Assembly (NCBI GenBank): GCA_013153595.1
Contig: JAADEC010000003.1
Span: 1 to 48,636 of the forward strand
From: Thermococci archaeon
GTDB lineage: Archaea; Methanobacteriota_B; Thermococci; Thermococcales; Thermococcaceae
DNA: 48,636 nt
Direction of reading: 5' to 3'
Within the stretch, counting starts at the first letter, position 1. Each line of letters starts with the position of its first letter. Positions 1-9,191 of this stretch are shown here, piece after piece. The translations under genes were made by a program, and so were the position numbers. The notes under the pieces are model-generated. The model worked only from the letters and a program-made list of their open reading frames with translations, made no database searches and had not been told where the DNA came from.

Positions 1-812
1 TCCAGAGCTTCCTCGGCTGGGCGGACAGCGTCTTAGACGTCCCCGCGGGAGAGCTGGCGAGGGAAATCCGCGCGGCGCTGAAGTGGGGCGGGCCCGGGCT
101 GATTAAAGGCGGTTGCAGTGCGGTCACGGATGAGCTCGCGAGGATCGTGGAGCGGAACGGGGGCAGGATCCTCACGAGAAAGGAAGCTGTGGAAGTCGAT
201 GTGGAGGGGAAGAAAGCAATCACCGCTGACGGGGAGGAGTTCCCCTACGACGTCCTCGTCTCAAACGTGGGGATGAAGGAGACGGTCGAGCTGATTGGAA
301 GGGACAGCTTCGACCGCGATTACGTGAAGAGGGTCGATTCCCTAAGGCCGAGCGAGGGGATAAAGTACAACGTGGCCCTGAAGGGGAAGCCGAGGGTAGG
401 CAACACCGTCGTCTTCACCCTCGACACCGAGAGGATAAACGGCTACAACGAGCCGTCGAGCCTTTCCCCGGAGCTCGCTAAAGAGGGCTACACGCTGATT
501 ATGCTCCACCACGCTTTGCAGAGCAGGAACGTCAAGGCCGAGCGAAGGAAGGGCATTGAGGACGTCTATCGCATCTTCCCGGAGCTCGACAGGGAGGGGG
601 AGATTCTGCTCGTCCAGACCTACCTCGACGGGAACCCCGTGAACAGGGTTGCGAGCGGTCAGGCCGTTGAGGACTTTCCGATAAGCGGCGTCTACGTCGT
701 CGGTGATGCCTTCAGGCCGCCGGGCGGCATAGAAGTTGAGGGCATAGCCTTAGGCGTCATGAGGGTTCTGGAGAAGATGGGCGTGGCCGAATTCCGCGGC
801 TGGCAGCTCTGA
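1..812 (+). CDS. NAD(P)/FAD-dependent oxidoreductase, phytoene dehydrogenase-like (5'-truncated by window)
   Basis: Frame is open from base 3 (QSFLGWADSVLDVPAGELARE...KGGCSAVTDELARIVERNGG) into ORF 147..812; 'YDVLVSNVG' and C-terminal 'GVYVVGDA...GGIEVEG' are FAD-binding motifs of this family. Confidence 0.7.
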   Translation, partial: QSFLGWADSVLDVPAGELAREIRAALKWGGPGLIKGGCSAVTDELARIVERNGGRILTRKEAVEVDVEGKKAITADGEEFPYDVLVSNVGMKETVELIGRDSFDRDYVKRVDSLRPSEGIKYNVALKGKPRVGNTVVFTLDTERINGYNEPSSLSPELAKEGYTLIMLHHALQSRNVKAERRKGIEDVYRIFPELDREGEILLVQTYLDGNPVNRVASGQAVEDFPISGVYVVGDAFRPPGGIEVEGIALGVMRVLEKMGVAEFRGWQL

Positions 813-926
813 GGGACATTTTACTTTTGCCAAGTTAAACCCACGACGTCCGAACCTTATTCCGATGAACAGTCTTGAAGCCTAACGAACGTTTTTATTC
901 CAATGAACGCATTGAGTCCGGGGTGA

Positions 927-1907
927 ATGAGGATGATGACGAACAAAAGAACCAGCGGAAGAGCTAAGAGAGTCGTCATAGCCCTCGGTGGAAACGCCAT
1001 ACTTCAGCGCGGGCAGAAGGGAACCTATGAGGAGCAGATGAAGAACGTCATGGAGACCGCGAGGCAGATAGCGGAGATAATAGAGAGGGGCTACGAGGTC
1101 GTTATAACGCACGGAAACGGACCGCAGGTCGGGGCACTGCTCCTTCAGATGGACGCGGGCCAGCAGCTTTACGGAATTCCAGCCCAGCCTATGGACGTGG
1201 CGGGAGCGATGACGCAGGGGCAGATAGGATACATGATACAGCAGGCCCTGAAGAACGAACTTGATGCAAGGGGGATTAAGAGAAACGTGGTAACCGTCGT
1301 GACCCAGACTCTCGTATCGGCCGACGACCCAGCGTTCCAGAACCCCAGCAAGCCCGTCGGTCCTTTCTACGATGAAGAGACCGCCAAAAAGCTCGCGAAG
1401 GAGAAGGGCTGGGTCGTGGTGGAGGACGCTGGAAGGGGATGGAGGCGCGTGGTACCCTCACCGGATCCAAAGGCCCTTGTAGAGGCGGAGGCCATACAGA
1501 ACCTCGTTGAGAACGGGTTCATAGTCATAGCGAGCGGTGGGGGAGGTATACCAGTCGTGAACGTCAACGGGAGGCTCGAAGGCAGGGAGGCCGTGATAGA
1601 CAAGGATCTGGCTGGGGAGAGGCTGGCGGAGACGGTTAAGGCGGAGGTCTTCATGATACTCACGGACGTCAACGGCGCCGCCATAAACTACGGAAAGCCG
1701 AACGAGAGGTGGCTCGGCAGGGTCACCCTGGAGGAGATGAGGAGGTACTATGAGGAGGGCCACTTCAAGAGGGGCAGCATGGGACCGAAGGTCCTGGCGG
1801 CCATGAGGTTCGTCGAGTGGGGAGGAGAGAGGGCCATCATAGCCGCCCTCGACAGGGGCGCAGACGCACTCGAAGGAAAGACCGGAACGCAGGTGGTTGC
1901 ACGGTAA
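927..1907 (+). CDS. arcC: carbamate kinase (carbamate kinase-like carbamoyl-phosphate synthetase)
   Basis: [46 protein letters not shown] and GSMGPKV motifs; start may be 933 or 936. Confidence 0.96.
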   Translation: MRMMTNKRTSGRAKRVVIALGGNAILQRGQKGTYEEQMKNVMETARQIAEIIERGYEVVITHGNGPQVGALLLQMDAGQQLYGIPAQPMDVAGAMTQGQIGYMIQQALKNELDARGIKRNVVTVVTQTLVSADDPAFQNPSKPVGPFYDEETAKKLAKEKGWVVVEDAGRGWRRVVPSPDPKALVEAEAIQNLVENGFIVIASGGGGIPVVNVNGRLEGREAVIDKDLAGERLAETVKAEVFMILTDVNGAAINYGKPNERWLGRVTLEEMRRYYEEGHFKRGSMGPKVLAAMRFVEWGGERAIIAALDRGADALEGKTGTQVVAR

Positions 1908-1947
1908 ACTTTTTTATACCTCCACCGTAGACACCGGAGGTGATGAA

Positions 1948-2793
1948 ATGGCAGTAACTTACGGACTCGGTTCGCTGATATGGTGGTTCTTTCTTTTGTA
2001 CTTCATGTTCATGATGCTGTGGCCCCAGCTCCAGTACAAGCAGCTCAAACTTGCCAGGCTTCACATAATGCAGAGACTCGCCCAGAAGAGGAACTCGACC
2101 GTGATAACCATGATACACAGGCAGGAGAGCATAGGGTTCTTTGGAATCCCGTTCTACAAGTTCATAAACATAGAGGACAGCGAGGAGATACTGAGGGCTA
2201 TAAGGATGGCACCGAAGGACAAGCCGATAGACCTCATAATCCACACCCCGGGAGGTCTCGTGCTCGCGGCCACGCAGATAGCCAAAGCCCTGCACGACCA
2301 TCCCGCCGAGACGCGCGTCATAGTGCCCCACTACGCCATGAGCGGCGGAACGCTGATAGCTCTCGCGGCTGACAAGATAGTTATGGATCCGCACGCCGTC
2401 CTCGGTCCCGTCGATCCGCAGCTCGGCCAGTACCCCGGACCGAGCATAGTCAGGGCCGTCGAGAAGAAGGGCGTTGAGAAGGTTGACGACCAGACACTCA
2501 TCCTGGCGGACGTAGCCGAGAAGGCCATAAAGCAGGTCAGGAGCTTCATAAAGGACATACTCAAGGACAGGTACGGCGAGGAAAAGGCCGAGGAGCTGGC
2601 CAAGATCCTGACAGAAGGCAGATGGACCCACGACTACCCGATAACCTACGAGCACGCGAAGGAACTCGGGCTGCACGTTACCACGGACGTACCCGAAGAG
2701 GTCTACGCCCTCATGGATCTCTACAAACAGCCCTTCAAGCAGCGCGGCACCGTTGAGTTCATGCCATATCCAACGGCTCAGGAGAGGAAGTGA
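1948..2793 (+). CDS. membrane-anchored ClpP-class (SDH family) serine protease
   Basis: GGAGGTGA RBS before ATG 1948; N-terminal hydrophobic helix; IHTPGGLV, YAMSGGTLIALAAD, GPVDPQ and WTHDYPI motifs. Confidence 0.88.
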   Translation: MAVTYGLGSLIWWFFLLYFMFMMLWPQLQYKQLKLARLHIMQRLAQKRNSTVITMIHRQESIGFFGIPFYKFINIEDSEEILRAIRMAPKDKPIDLIIHTPGGLVLAATQIAKALHDHPAETRVIVPHYAMSGGTLIALAADKIVMDPHAVLGPVDPQLGQYPGPSIVRAVEKKGVEKVDDQTLILADVAEKAIKQVRSFIKDILKDRYGEEKAEELAKILTEGRWTHDYPITYEHAKELGLHVTTDVPEEVYALMDLYKQPFKQRGTVEFMPYPTAQERK

Positions 2794-2807
2794 GGCCCGG
2801 CCGGGCC
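2794..2807. repeat. perfect 14-bp GC palindrome GGCCCGGCCGGGCC
   Basis: Lies directly after the protease stop codon and directly before a BRE/TATA-like AAAAAGTTTTTAATT. Confidence 0.6.
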
Positions 2808-2885
2808 AAAAAGTTTTTAATTGTTTGCCTCCTTTCACTACCAGAAGTGACGTGCCTGTTCTAAAAGGAAAGAGGGGTAAGAGCG

Positions 2886-3791
2886 ATGCCAATGATCAAA
2901 GTGGATCCAGAGGAAATTAAAAGAATCAAGAAGGAGATAGAGGCCCTTGAGAAAGAGAGGAATGAGATAAGGGCCAAGCTCGACGAGCTCGAGAGGGAGC
3001 TCCAGAGCTGGGTGCAGAAAAGGGATGAGAAGAACAACGAGGTCAAACAGCTCCGTCAAAAAGCCAGGGAGTACAAGGAGAAGAGGGACGAGATAAACAG
3101 GCAGATAAAGGAGCTTAAGAAGAACCGCGAGGAGATAAACTCAAAGCTCGACCTCCTGTATCAGGAGATAGTCGAGTACAGAACTAAGAGGGACGAGTAC
3201 AACCAGCTTAGACGCATGAAGATGCCTCCCGACAAGATACAGGAGAGGATAGACAAGCTGGAGTGGGAGCTCCAGACCAACCCGAACATAACACCCGAGA
3301 GGGAAAAGCAGATCGTCGATCAGATACAGGTGCTCGCGACCGAACTTGAGATAATACAGCAGGCGGACAGGTTCCACAGGAGGCTCTTAGAGACCCGGAA
3401 GAAGGTGGATCAGCTCAAGAAGGCCAGAAGGGGAATAAACCTTGAGATACAGAAGCTCGCCAACCAGAGCCAGCAGTTCCACGAGCAGATGATAAAGGCG
3501 TTCAACCAGGCGGACGAGGTCAAGAAGGAGGCCGACGAGTACCACGCCAAGGTGATCGAGCTCAGGGATAAGGTAAGAGAGGTCCGCAGGGAGCTGAGGG
3601 AGATAGAGAGGAAGATAATGGAGTACGATGAGAAACACAAGGAGCTGATCGCCTACAGACTCGTCGCCAGGATGCACGCGAGGCAGGACAGCAGCTTTGA
3701 GAAGGCCGTCGACGCGCTCGAAAAGTTCAAACGCGGTGAGAAGCTCACACTCGACGAACTGCTGCTCCTCCAGCGCTACAACCTGGTATGA
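2886..3791 (+). CDS. conserved archaeal coiled-coil protein (COG1340-like)
   Basis: E/K/R-rich heptads throughout; 'LEWELQT...TPEREKQIV' and C-terminal 'FKRGEKLTLDELLLLQ'. Confidence 0.8.
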   Translation: MPMIKVDPEEIKRIKKEIEALEKERNEIRAKLDELERELQSWVQKRDEKNNEVKQLRQKAREYKEKRDEINRQIKELKKNREEINSKLDLLYQEIVEYRTKRDEYNQLRRMKMPPDKIQERIDKLEWELQTNPNITPEREKQIVDQIQVLATELEIIQQADRFHRRLLETRKKVDQLKKARRGINLEIQKLANQSQQFHEQMIKAFNQADEVKKEADEYHAKVIELRDKVREVRRELREIERKIMEYDEKHKELIAYRLVARMHARQDSSFEKAVDALEKFKRGEKLTLDELLLLQRYNLV

Positions 3792-5587
3792 GGGCCGTAC
3801 AAATGACGGTTGAAACCCTGAAGCACGAAGGGCCGGGTAGACTGGGAATTGCGAGAATCAGAAGACCCCACGAGAGGAGAATTGAGACCCCCACCGTTGA
3901 TTTGTCCGTGTCACCTTTCAACTCGCTTTTTAACCCCCAGCCCGCCAGTTCTTTGGAGGAGTACGATCTCACGTTAGCACCGTCCTTACCGCTCGGCTTT
4001 TACTCTCCGGAGGAGGTCGTGGCGAAGGTCCTTGAGAAGATCGGAGAAATCGACTACGGAGATTACAACACGTTTTACCTCCCCGCTTTGAAGAATACGA
4101 AGATGCTGGATGGGTTTCTGAGGATACTGGAGGACAGCGGAAACGAATTTGAGGCCGTCTACGTTGGAAATTCAAGACAGCTGACCAAGAACTACAGGGA
4201 GTTCGTCGAGACGCTGAAGTGCTTGAGGGAGAGGCTCCCCAACACCCTCATAGTTATGGACGTGGAGCCGTTCTTTTATCCTCTCGCCGTTTACCTTGGA
4301 GTCGATGCCTTCGACACCCGCTCTTTAAAGCTCTACGACTTTGAAGGCAGGGCATTCACCCCCTACAGTCCGTTCGTGTGGAGCGAGGGAGCGAACTCAG
4401 AGGAGTTCTCGAGATCCATGATAGAAATCGTGCGCAGGGCCATGGAGGAGGACAGACTCAGGCAGATCGTTGAGAACTTCCTCCACACGGCGAGCCACGA
4501 GGGAATACTGAGGATAGCCGACGTTGAGTATGGAGATTACCTTGAGGAATACACGCCAACAACACCGAGAACCATCTATTTCATAAGCAACGACTCCATG
4601 AGAAGGCCCGAAGTGGGGAGATGGCAGAGAAGGGTGCTGGAACGCTTTGAACCGCCAAAAAACACCAAACTCGTTCTCCTCCTGCCGTGCTCAGCCAAGA
4701 AGCCGTACTCCCTATCGAGGAGCCACGTGCTCTACAGGAAGGTCGTCAGGGAGGCCGTGGGCAATGGAATACACGTCATACATGACCTCATCCTCACTTC
4801 TCCTCTGGGCGTCGTTCCAAGGGAGTGGGAGCGGCTGGCCAAGTACGATATAGTGGTCACCGGACACTGGAGCAGGGAGGAAGTGGAGTCGTCTGCGGAG
4901 CTCCTCGCAAAGACCCTGGAGAAGTACCCCAAGGACATCCCCGTAGTCGCACACTTGGACGGTCCGTACGTTGACATAGCCAAGGAAGCCGCGGAGATGA
5001 GCGGACGGGACGTAGTGTTCACGAATGTTGAGGGAAGCACAACGAGCAGAGAAAGCCTGAACTCCTTAAAGGAGGTGCTCTCATCTTTCAAGGACGATCT
5101 GGAGGTAACGAGGATGGACAGAAGGTACAGAAGCATCGACTGGATACGGAAGATCTTCGACTACTACCTCGGCAAAGGTGCGGGCACCGCCGTCCTGCCG
5201 GAGGGGAACAGAAACAGAATGATGAACAGGAGAATGGCCAGAGGGATGACCAGAATCAGGGTGAGGGGATCAAAGATCCTCACCATAACGGTGGACGGAC
5301 AGCAGACCGGAACCATCAAGGATGCGGCCATAAGCCTGACACCGTTCGGGATGCAGAGGGTCTACGACGCCACGAAGTCCTACTGGGTGGAGGTGGACTT
5401 CGACCTCAGGGGAGACGTCTTCGCCGTAGGTGTTAACGGGGCAGATGAGAGGATAAGACCCGGGGACATCGTGGGGATAATCCGGGACGGTGAGGTCATA
5501 GGGGTCGGAAGGGCAGTCCTCAGCGGAAGGGAGATGCTGAGGGCCAGAAGGGGAGTGGCCGTTAAGGTCAAAAAGAGGAAGAAGTAG
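3788..5587 (+). CDS. arcS: archaeosine synthase subunit alpha (TgtA2/ArcS) with C-terminal PUA domain
   Basis: Degenerate TGT N-terminus (HEGPGRLG, YLGVDAFD), LLPCSAKKPYSLSRSH signature, TSPLGVVPRE, YDIVVTGHW, PUA domain (DVFAVGV..ADERIRPGD); start may be 3803. Confidence 0.9.
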   Translation: MRAVQMTVETLKHEGPGRLGIARIRRPHERRIETPTVDLSVSPFNSLFNPQPASSLEEYDLTLAPSLPLGFYSPEEVVAKVLEKIGEIDYGDYNTFYLPALKNTKMLDGFLRILEDSGNEFEAVYVGNSRQLTKNYREFVETLKCLRERLPNTLIVMDVEPFFYPLAVYLGVDAFDTRSLKLYDFEGRAFTPYSPFVWSEGANSEEFSRSMIEIVRRAMEEDRLRQIVENFLHTASHEGILRIADVEYGDYLEEYTPTTPRTIYFISNDSMRRPEVGRWQRRVLERFEPPKNTKLVLLLPCSAKKPYSLSRSHVLYRKVVREAVGNGIHVIHDLILTSPLGVVPREWERLAKYDIVVTGHWSREEVESSAELLAKTLEKYPKDIPVVAHLDGPYVDIAKEAAEMSGRDVVFTNVEGSTTSRESLNSLKEVLSSFKDDLEVTRMDRRYRSIDWIRKIFDYYLGKGAGTAVLPEGNRNRMMNRRMARGMTRIRVRGSKILTITVDGQQTGTIKDAAISLTPFGMQRVYDATKSYWVEVDFDLRGDVFAVGVNGADERIRPGDIVGIIRDGEVIGVGRAVLSGREMLRARRGVAVKVKKRKK

Positions 5588-5612
5588 ATGCTGTGATTTC
5601 CCACCTTACCCC

Positions 5613-6614
5613 TTAGGACTCCCCGTTCTTGGACCACCATTCCTCTATGAGTTCTTTTGCGGATTTGGCCGCCACGGCTCCCTGTCCAACCGCCACGGCT
5701 ATCTGCTTAAAGACGTTGGTTATGTCTCCGGCGGCGAATATCCCCCTGACCCTCGTCCTCATGTGCATGTCCACGGGTATGTACCCGTACTCATCGGTTA
5801 TTCCGAGGTGTTTGACGAAATCGGTCTTGGGTTCGTAGCCTATGAATATGAACACCCCGTCCACCTTGAGTTCAGTTTCCTCTCCGGTTACCCTGTTTTT
5901 CAGCTTAACAGCCTCCACCTTGCTGCTGCCCTTGATCTCAGTGACGACGGTGTTGAGGATCGTGGGAATGCCCGCCTTGGCGAACCTCTCCTGGAGTATC
6001 TTATCGGCCCTGAAGGTGTCCCTTCTGTGAACCAGCGTGACGTTTACCCCTATGCTCTTCAGGTAGATTGCCTCCTGAAGGGCGGTGTTGCCCCCTCCCA
6101 CGACTATAACGTTCTTTCCTTTGAAGAGCGGACCGTCACATGTGGCACAGTAGCTCACGCCCCTGCCCGTGAGCTCCTCCTCTCCCGGAACGTGAAGCTT
6201 CCTCGGAGCTGCTCCAACGGTCAGAATCACAGTCTTGCTCTTGTACTCTCCGCCGTTGCGTGTTTTAACTATGAACTTGCACGGCCCCTCGTAGTAGGCG
6301 CACTCCGCGGGCTCGACACGTGTAACCTCATCGAATATTATATCAACGTTGAGCTTCCTGACCTGCTCGTGCATCAGGGAAGCGAGCTTGGATCCACTGA
6401 CGCCTTCGGGGAACCCCGGGTAGTTCTCTATCAGGTCGGTTATTGCCATGTTACCCCCTATGTCTTTGCTTATGATTATGGTTCTGAGACCAAACCTCGC
6501 CGCGTATATTGCGGCCGTGAAGCCCGCGGGCCCTGCTCCCACTATTATGGTGTCCCACACGTCCTTCGTGTACTTCTCCTGGGCACTCCTTGAGAAACCC
6601 CCCAAGCTGAACAT
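5613..6614 (-). CDS. trxB: thioredoxin-disulfide reductase
   Basis: GAGPAG, IENYPGF, GVSYCATCDG (CxxC), VVGGGNTA and FAAGD motifs. Confidence 0.96.
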   Translation of the reverse strand: MFSLGGFSRSAQEKYTKDVWDTIIVGAGPAGFTAAIYAARFGLRTIIISKDIGGNMAITDLIENYPGFPEGVSGSKLASLMHEQVRKLNVDIIFDEVTRVEPAECAYYEGPCKFIVKTRNGGEYKSKTVILTVGAAPRKLHVPGEEELTGRGVSYCATCDGPLFKGKNVIVVGGGNTALQEAIYLKSIGVNVTLVHRRDTFRADKILQERFAKAGIPTILNTVVTEIKGSSKVEAVKLKNRVTGEETELKVDGVFIFIGYEPKTDFVKHLGITDEYGYIPVDMHMRTRVRGIFAAGDITNVFKQIAVAVGQGAVAAKSAKELIEEWWSKNGES

Positions 6615-6657
6615 GTTACCACCTGGAAGGCTCTCTGAAAAGGGTTACTTAAAAGTG

Positions 6658-7539
6658 TTACCGGACGATTATGAGGAATTCCTCCATTCCCGTTCCCTTC
6701 TGCTCCACGTTCACTCCTGAACCAAGCGTGTAGCTCACATCGAACTTATAGGTCAGGTCGCCGCTCAGACCGGCTTTTGAACGCCTGAGAACAAGGCTTC
6801 CGGTCATCCACTTGACATTAACGTTCCCGGGAAGCCCCAGGTAGTATGAGACGAGCGAGCGCAGGATCCCCTCATCCAGTCTGCAGTCCAGCACGTTTCC
6901 GCCTTCCCGCATTTCGCACTCAGAGTTCCCGCTCTTGATAAGCTCTATACCGAGGGAGACAGGGTTGTAAAGCAGAAGCGGGCTCATGCTGCTGGTCTCA
7001 GTGTTGATCCATTCGCCGTTCCTCTCCACGTACACCGTCCCGTTAACCATCTTCGCCCTGATGCTTCTCACGGTTTTACCACCCGAACACGAGACCGTAA
7101 CGTACGTGGAGTTCTGATACACGATTCTCGCGGGCAGGTTGAAGTAGTAATCGTTGGAAGCGTTTATCCTAAGCTTGCAAACGTTGGTTGTTCCATTGCT
7201 CTGGATGATCTCAAAGCTTATGGTGGTGTTGTCCTGCATCTCGTACGCTGTGATGGAAGAGAGGAACGAGAGGAAACGCCTCATGGAGCGCGAATGAACC
7301 GAGGAGATCGATGTAGAGCCCGACCGTGAGGTGGCAGAAGAGAAAACCGAGGAGGACTCGGACGTTGAGGGGCCGGGCGAGGACGAGCTTCCGTACAAGG
7401 CTGATGTCGAGCTGGATCCGGAACTGGTCAGAGTTCCATGGGAGCCGGATCCGGAGGATCCCCCTATACAGCCCGCGGTGACGACCGCGACCACCAGCAC
7501 GATCACGATCACGATTGTGGGAGCTCTCTTCATCCTCAT
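6658..7539 (-). CDS. hypothetical lipoprotein with Ser-rich linker and beta-rich domain
   Basis: MKR, hydrophobic stretch and lipobox-like 'TAGCIGG'; about 55-aa Ser/Gly/Thr linker; several N-x-S/T sequons. Confidence 0.7.
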   Translation of the reverse strand: MRMKRAPTIVIVIVLVVAVVTAGCIGGSSGSGSHGTLTSSGSSSTSALYGSSSSPGPSTSESSSVFSSATSRSGSTSISSVHSRSMRRFLSFLSSITAYEMQDNTTISFEIIQSNGTTNVCKLRINASNDYYFNLPARIVYQNSTYVTVSCSGGKTVRSIRAKMVNGTVYVERNGEWINTETSSMSPLLLYNPVSLGIELIKSGNSECEMREGGNVLDCRLDEGILRSLVSYYLGLPGNVNVKWMTGSLVLRRSKAGLSGDLTYKFDVSYTLGSGVNVEQKGTGMEEFLIIVR

Positions 7540-7616
7540 GATTCGCCACGTTAGTGAAAACTCTAATATTGTATTATAACGTTATCGGGATCAGACGATG
7601 TTACGGGGGCGTGGGA

Positions 7617-8048
7617 ATGGAGAGGATCATGATACTCACGGAGGAGTTCGACTTGGAGGAAGCGGTTAAACTCGTCAGCTCAAGAAACGCGGGAGGGTAC
7701 GTCATTTTCCTGGGAAAAGTCCGGGATGATGGGGATAACCGGAGGGTTCTGAAGCTCATATACGAGAGCTACGATGAGATGGCACTCAGGGAAATGAGGA
7801 GGATACGGGAGGAAGCCCTCAAGAAGTTTCCGGTGGTCGATGTTCTGATCTGGCACAGAAAAGGAGAGGTGCCCGTGGGGGGAGCTACGATGCTCGTCAT
7901 AGCAGCTGGAGCGCACAGAAGAGAGGCGTTTGATGCGTGTGAGTGGATAGTGAACGAGGTCAAGAGGACGGTCCCCATATGGAAGAGAGAGGTAACGACG
8001 GATGGAACCTTCTGGGTTGAGGGGGATCGTAGGGTACCCACAGGATAG
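7617..8048 (+). CDS. moaE: molybdopterin synthase catalytic subunit
   Basis: GGYVIFLGKVR, LIYESYDEMA, HRKG, AHRREAF and VPIWKRE motifs. Confidence 0.93.
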   Translation: MERIMILTEEFDLEEAVKLVSSRNAGGYVIFLGKVRDDGDNRRVLKLIYESYDEMALREMRRIREEALKKFPVVDVLIWHRKGEVPVGGATMLVIAAGAHRREAFDACEWIVNEVKRTVPIWKREVTTDGTFWVEGDRRVPTG

Positions 8049-8175
8049 CATCGGCCGATTGGACGAAGCGAGCATACCTCAATGATCCGTTATGTTCATT
8101 TTCGTCCTTCAAATGTCCACATTGGGACTCTTCACTTTTTTGTGACTCCCAATTAAAGTAAAACAAATATGAATA

Positions 8176-8190
8176 GAAAAAGTATATATA
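8176..8190 (+). promoter_or_regulatory. BRE/TATA promoter of the SPASM-domain gene
   Basis: GAAAAAG-TATATATA about 36 nt upstream of GTG 8226, with a GAGGTGG RBS in between. Confidence 0.6.
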
Positions 8191-8225
8191 CCACGAGGCA
8201 TACAGTACGTAACGAGGTGGAAGGT

Positions 8226-9191
8226 GTGGAGAGGGTTGTTAGGGCAGATTACAAGGCCAAGAGCGTGCCCCCCAAGCACCGTTTAAACGTCGTTGTGGGA
8301 AGGCCCCCCTGGACCGAGTTCAAGAGGACCGGTAAGCTCGAGAGGCTCATACTGCAGCTGGGTGCGGGAAGGGGATACTTCTCCGAGCTCAGCGGCATAC
8401 CCAGATCCATGGGCTGTATAGGAAACAACCGTTTTCTGTTGAGAAGGTCCCCCCTGACCATGGAGGAGGTTGAGAGGATACTCGACGAGTTTGAAAGTGC
8501 GGGTGGAAGAGAGGTCTGGATAACCAACTACGATGACCTGAGGGACGTTCTTCATGCCGCCAGATACGCAAAGGACGTGGGAATAGTCAACGTCTACGCG
8601 GTCGTTCTCTTGGAGGACTTTGACAGGATACCAAAATCCGGGCTCAATGGTGTTAACGTGATAGTGGAGATGCCGTACTCGGAGGAGAACATGCGGAGGC
8701 TGGAATCCCTCGAGGGGGAGGTTTACGGGGTGCTCATAGTGAGTGATGTCCAGAGCTACTCAAAGATCTCCATGGAAAACGTTGACTTCAGCGGCGAAGT
8801 GCTCGTGGATATCCTGTACCCCCCAAACGTAAAACTTCTTGATGAATCTTTCCTGTCGTTTAAGATGCTACCCGTCAGTCACAGGGGTCGTCATCCTTGC
8901 ATGTCGGGTATGATAGCCGTTACAGGGGATGGATACGTGGTCCCGTGTCCTTTGATAAGGGGGTACGTGGTGGGAGATCTGAGGAAGGAAAGTCTCACCA
9001 AGGTGATCAGAAAGCGCAGGCTGAGGGCATTCTGGAAAATATTAAACGAGATAGATGAGTGCTCAAACTGCCCGCTCATGGGACTCTGCCACGACTGCAG
9101 GGCGATCAACTACCAGATAACCGGGGACGTGTTCGGTGTTGAGTACTGCGGTAGGGAGATCCTCAAGGCGCAGGATTCATATGAACTCTAA
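8226..9191 (+). CDS. SPASM-domain protein with degenerate radical-SAM N-terminus
   Basis: C-terminal PCMSG..AVTGDGYVVPCP..VGDL..CSNCPLMGLCHDC..EYC is a SPASM pattern; no CxxxCxxC in the N-terminal part; GTG 8226 follows an RBS. Confidence 0.8.
   Translation: MERVVRADYKAKSVPPKHRLNVVVGRPPWTEFKRTGKLERLILQLGAGRGYFSELSGIPRSMGCIGNNRFLLRRSPLTMEEVERILDEFESAGGREVWITNYDDLRDVLHAARYAKDVGIVNVYAVVLLEDFDRIPKSGLNGVNVIVEMPYSEENMRRLESLEGEVYGVLIVSDVQSYSKISMENVDFSGEVLVDILYPPNVKLLDESFLSFKMLPVSHRGRHPCMSGMIAVTGDGYVVPCPLIRGYVVGDLRKESLTKVIRKRRLRAFWKILNEIDECSNCPLMGLCHDCRAINYQITGDVFGVEYCGREILKAQDSYEL

Noticed and set aside
926-970. ATGATGA at the carbamate kinase start as a C box
   Set aside because: No CTGA at guide distance; it is explained by tandem Met codons
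7960-8166. 68-aa minus-strand ORF near the SPASM gene
   Set aside because: Overlaps the moaE 3' end in antisense, with no RBS or motif
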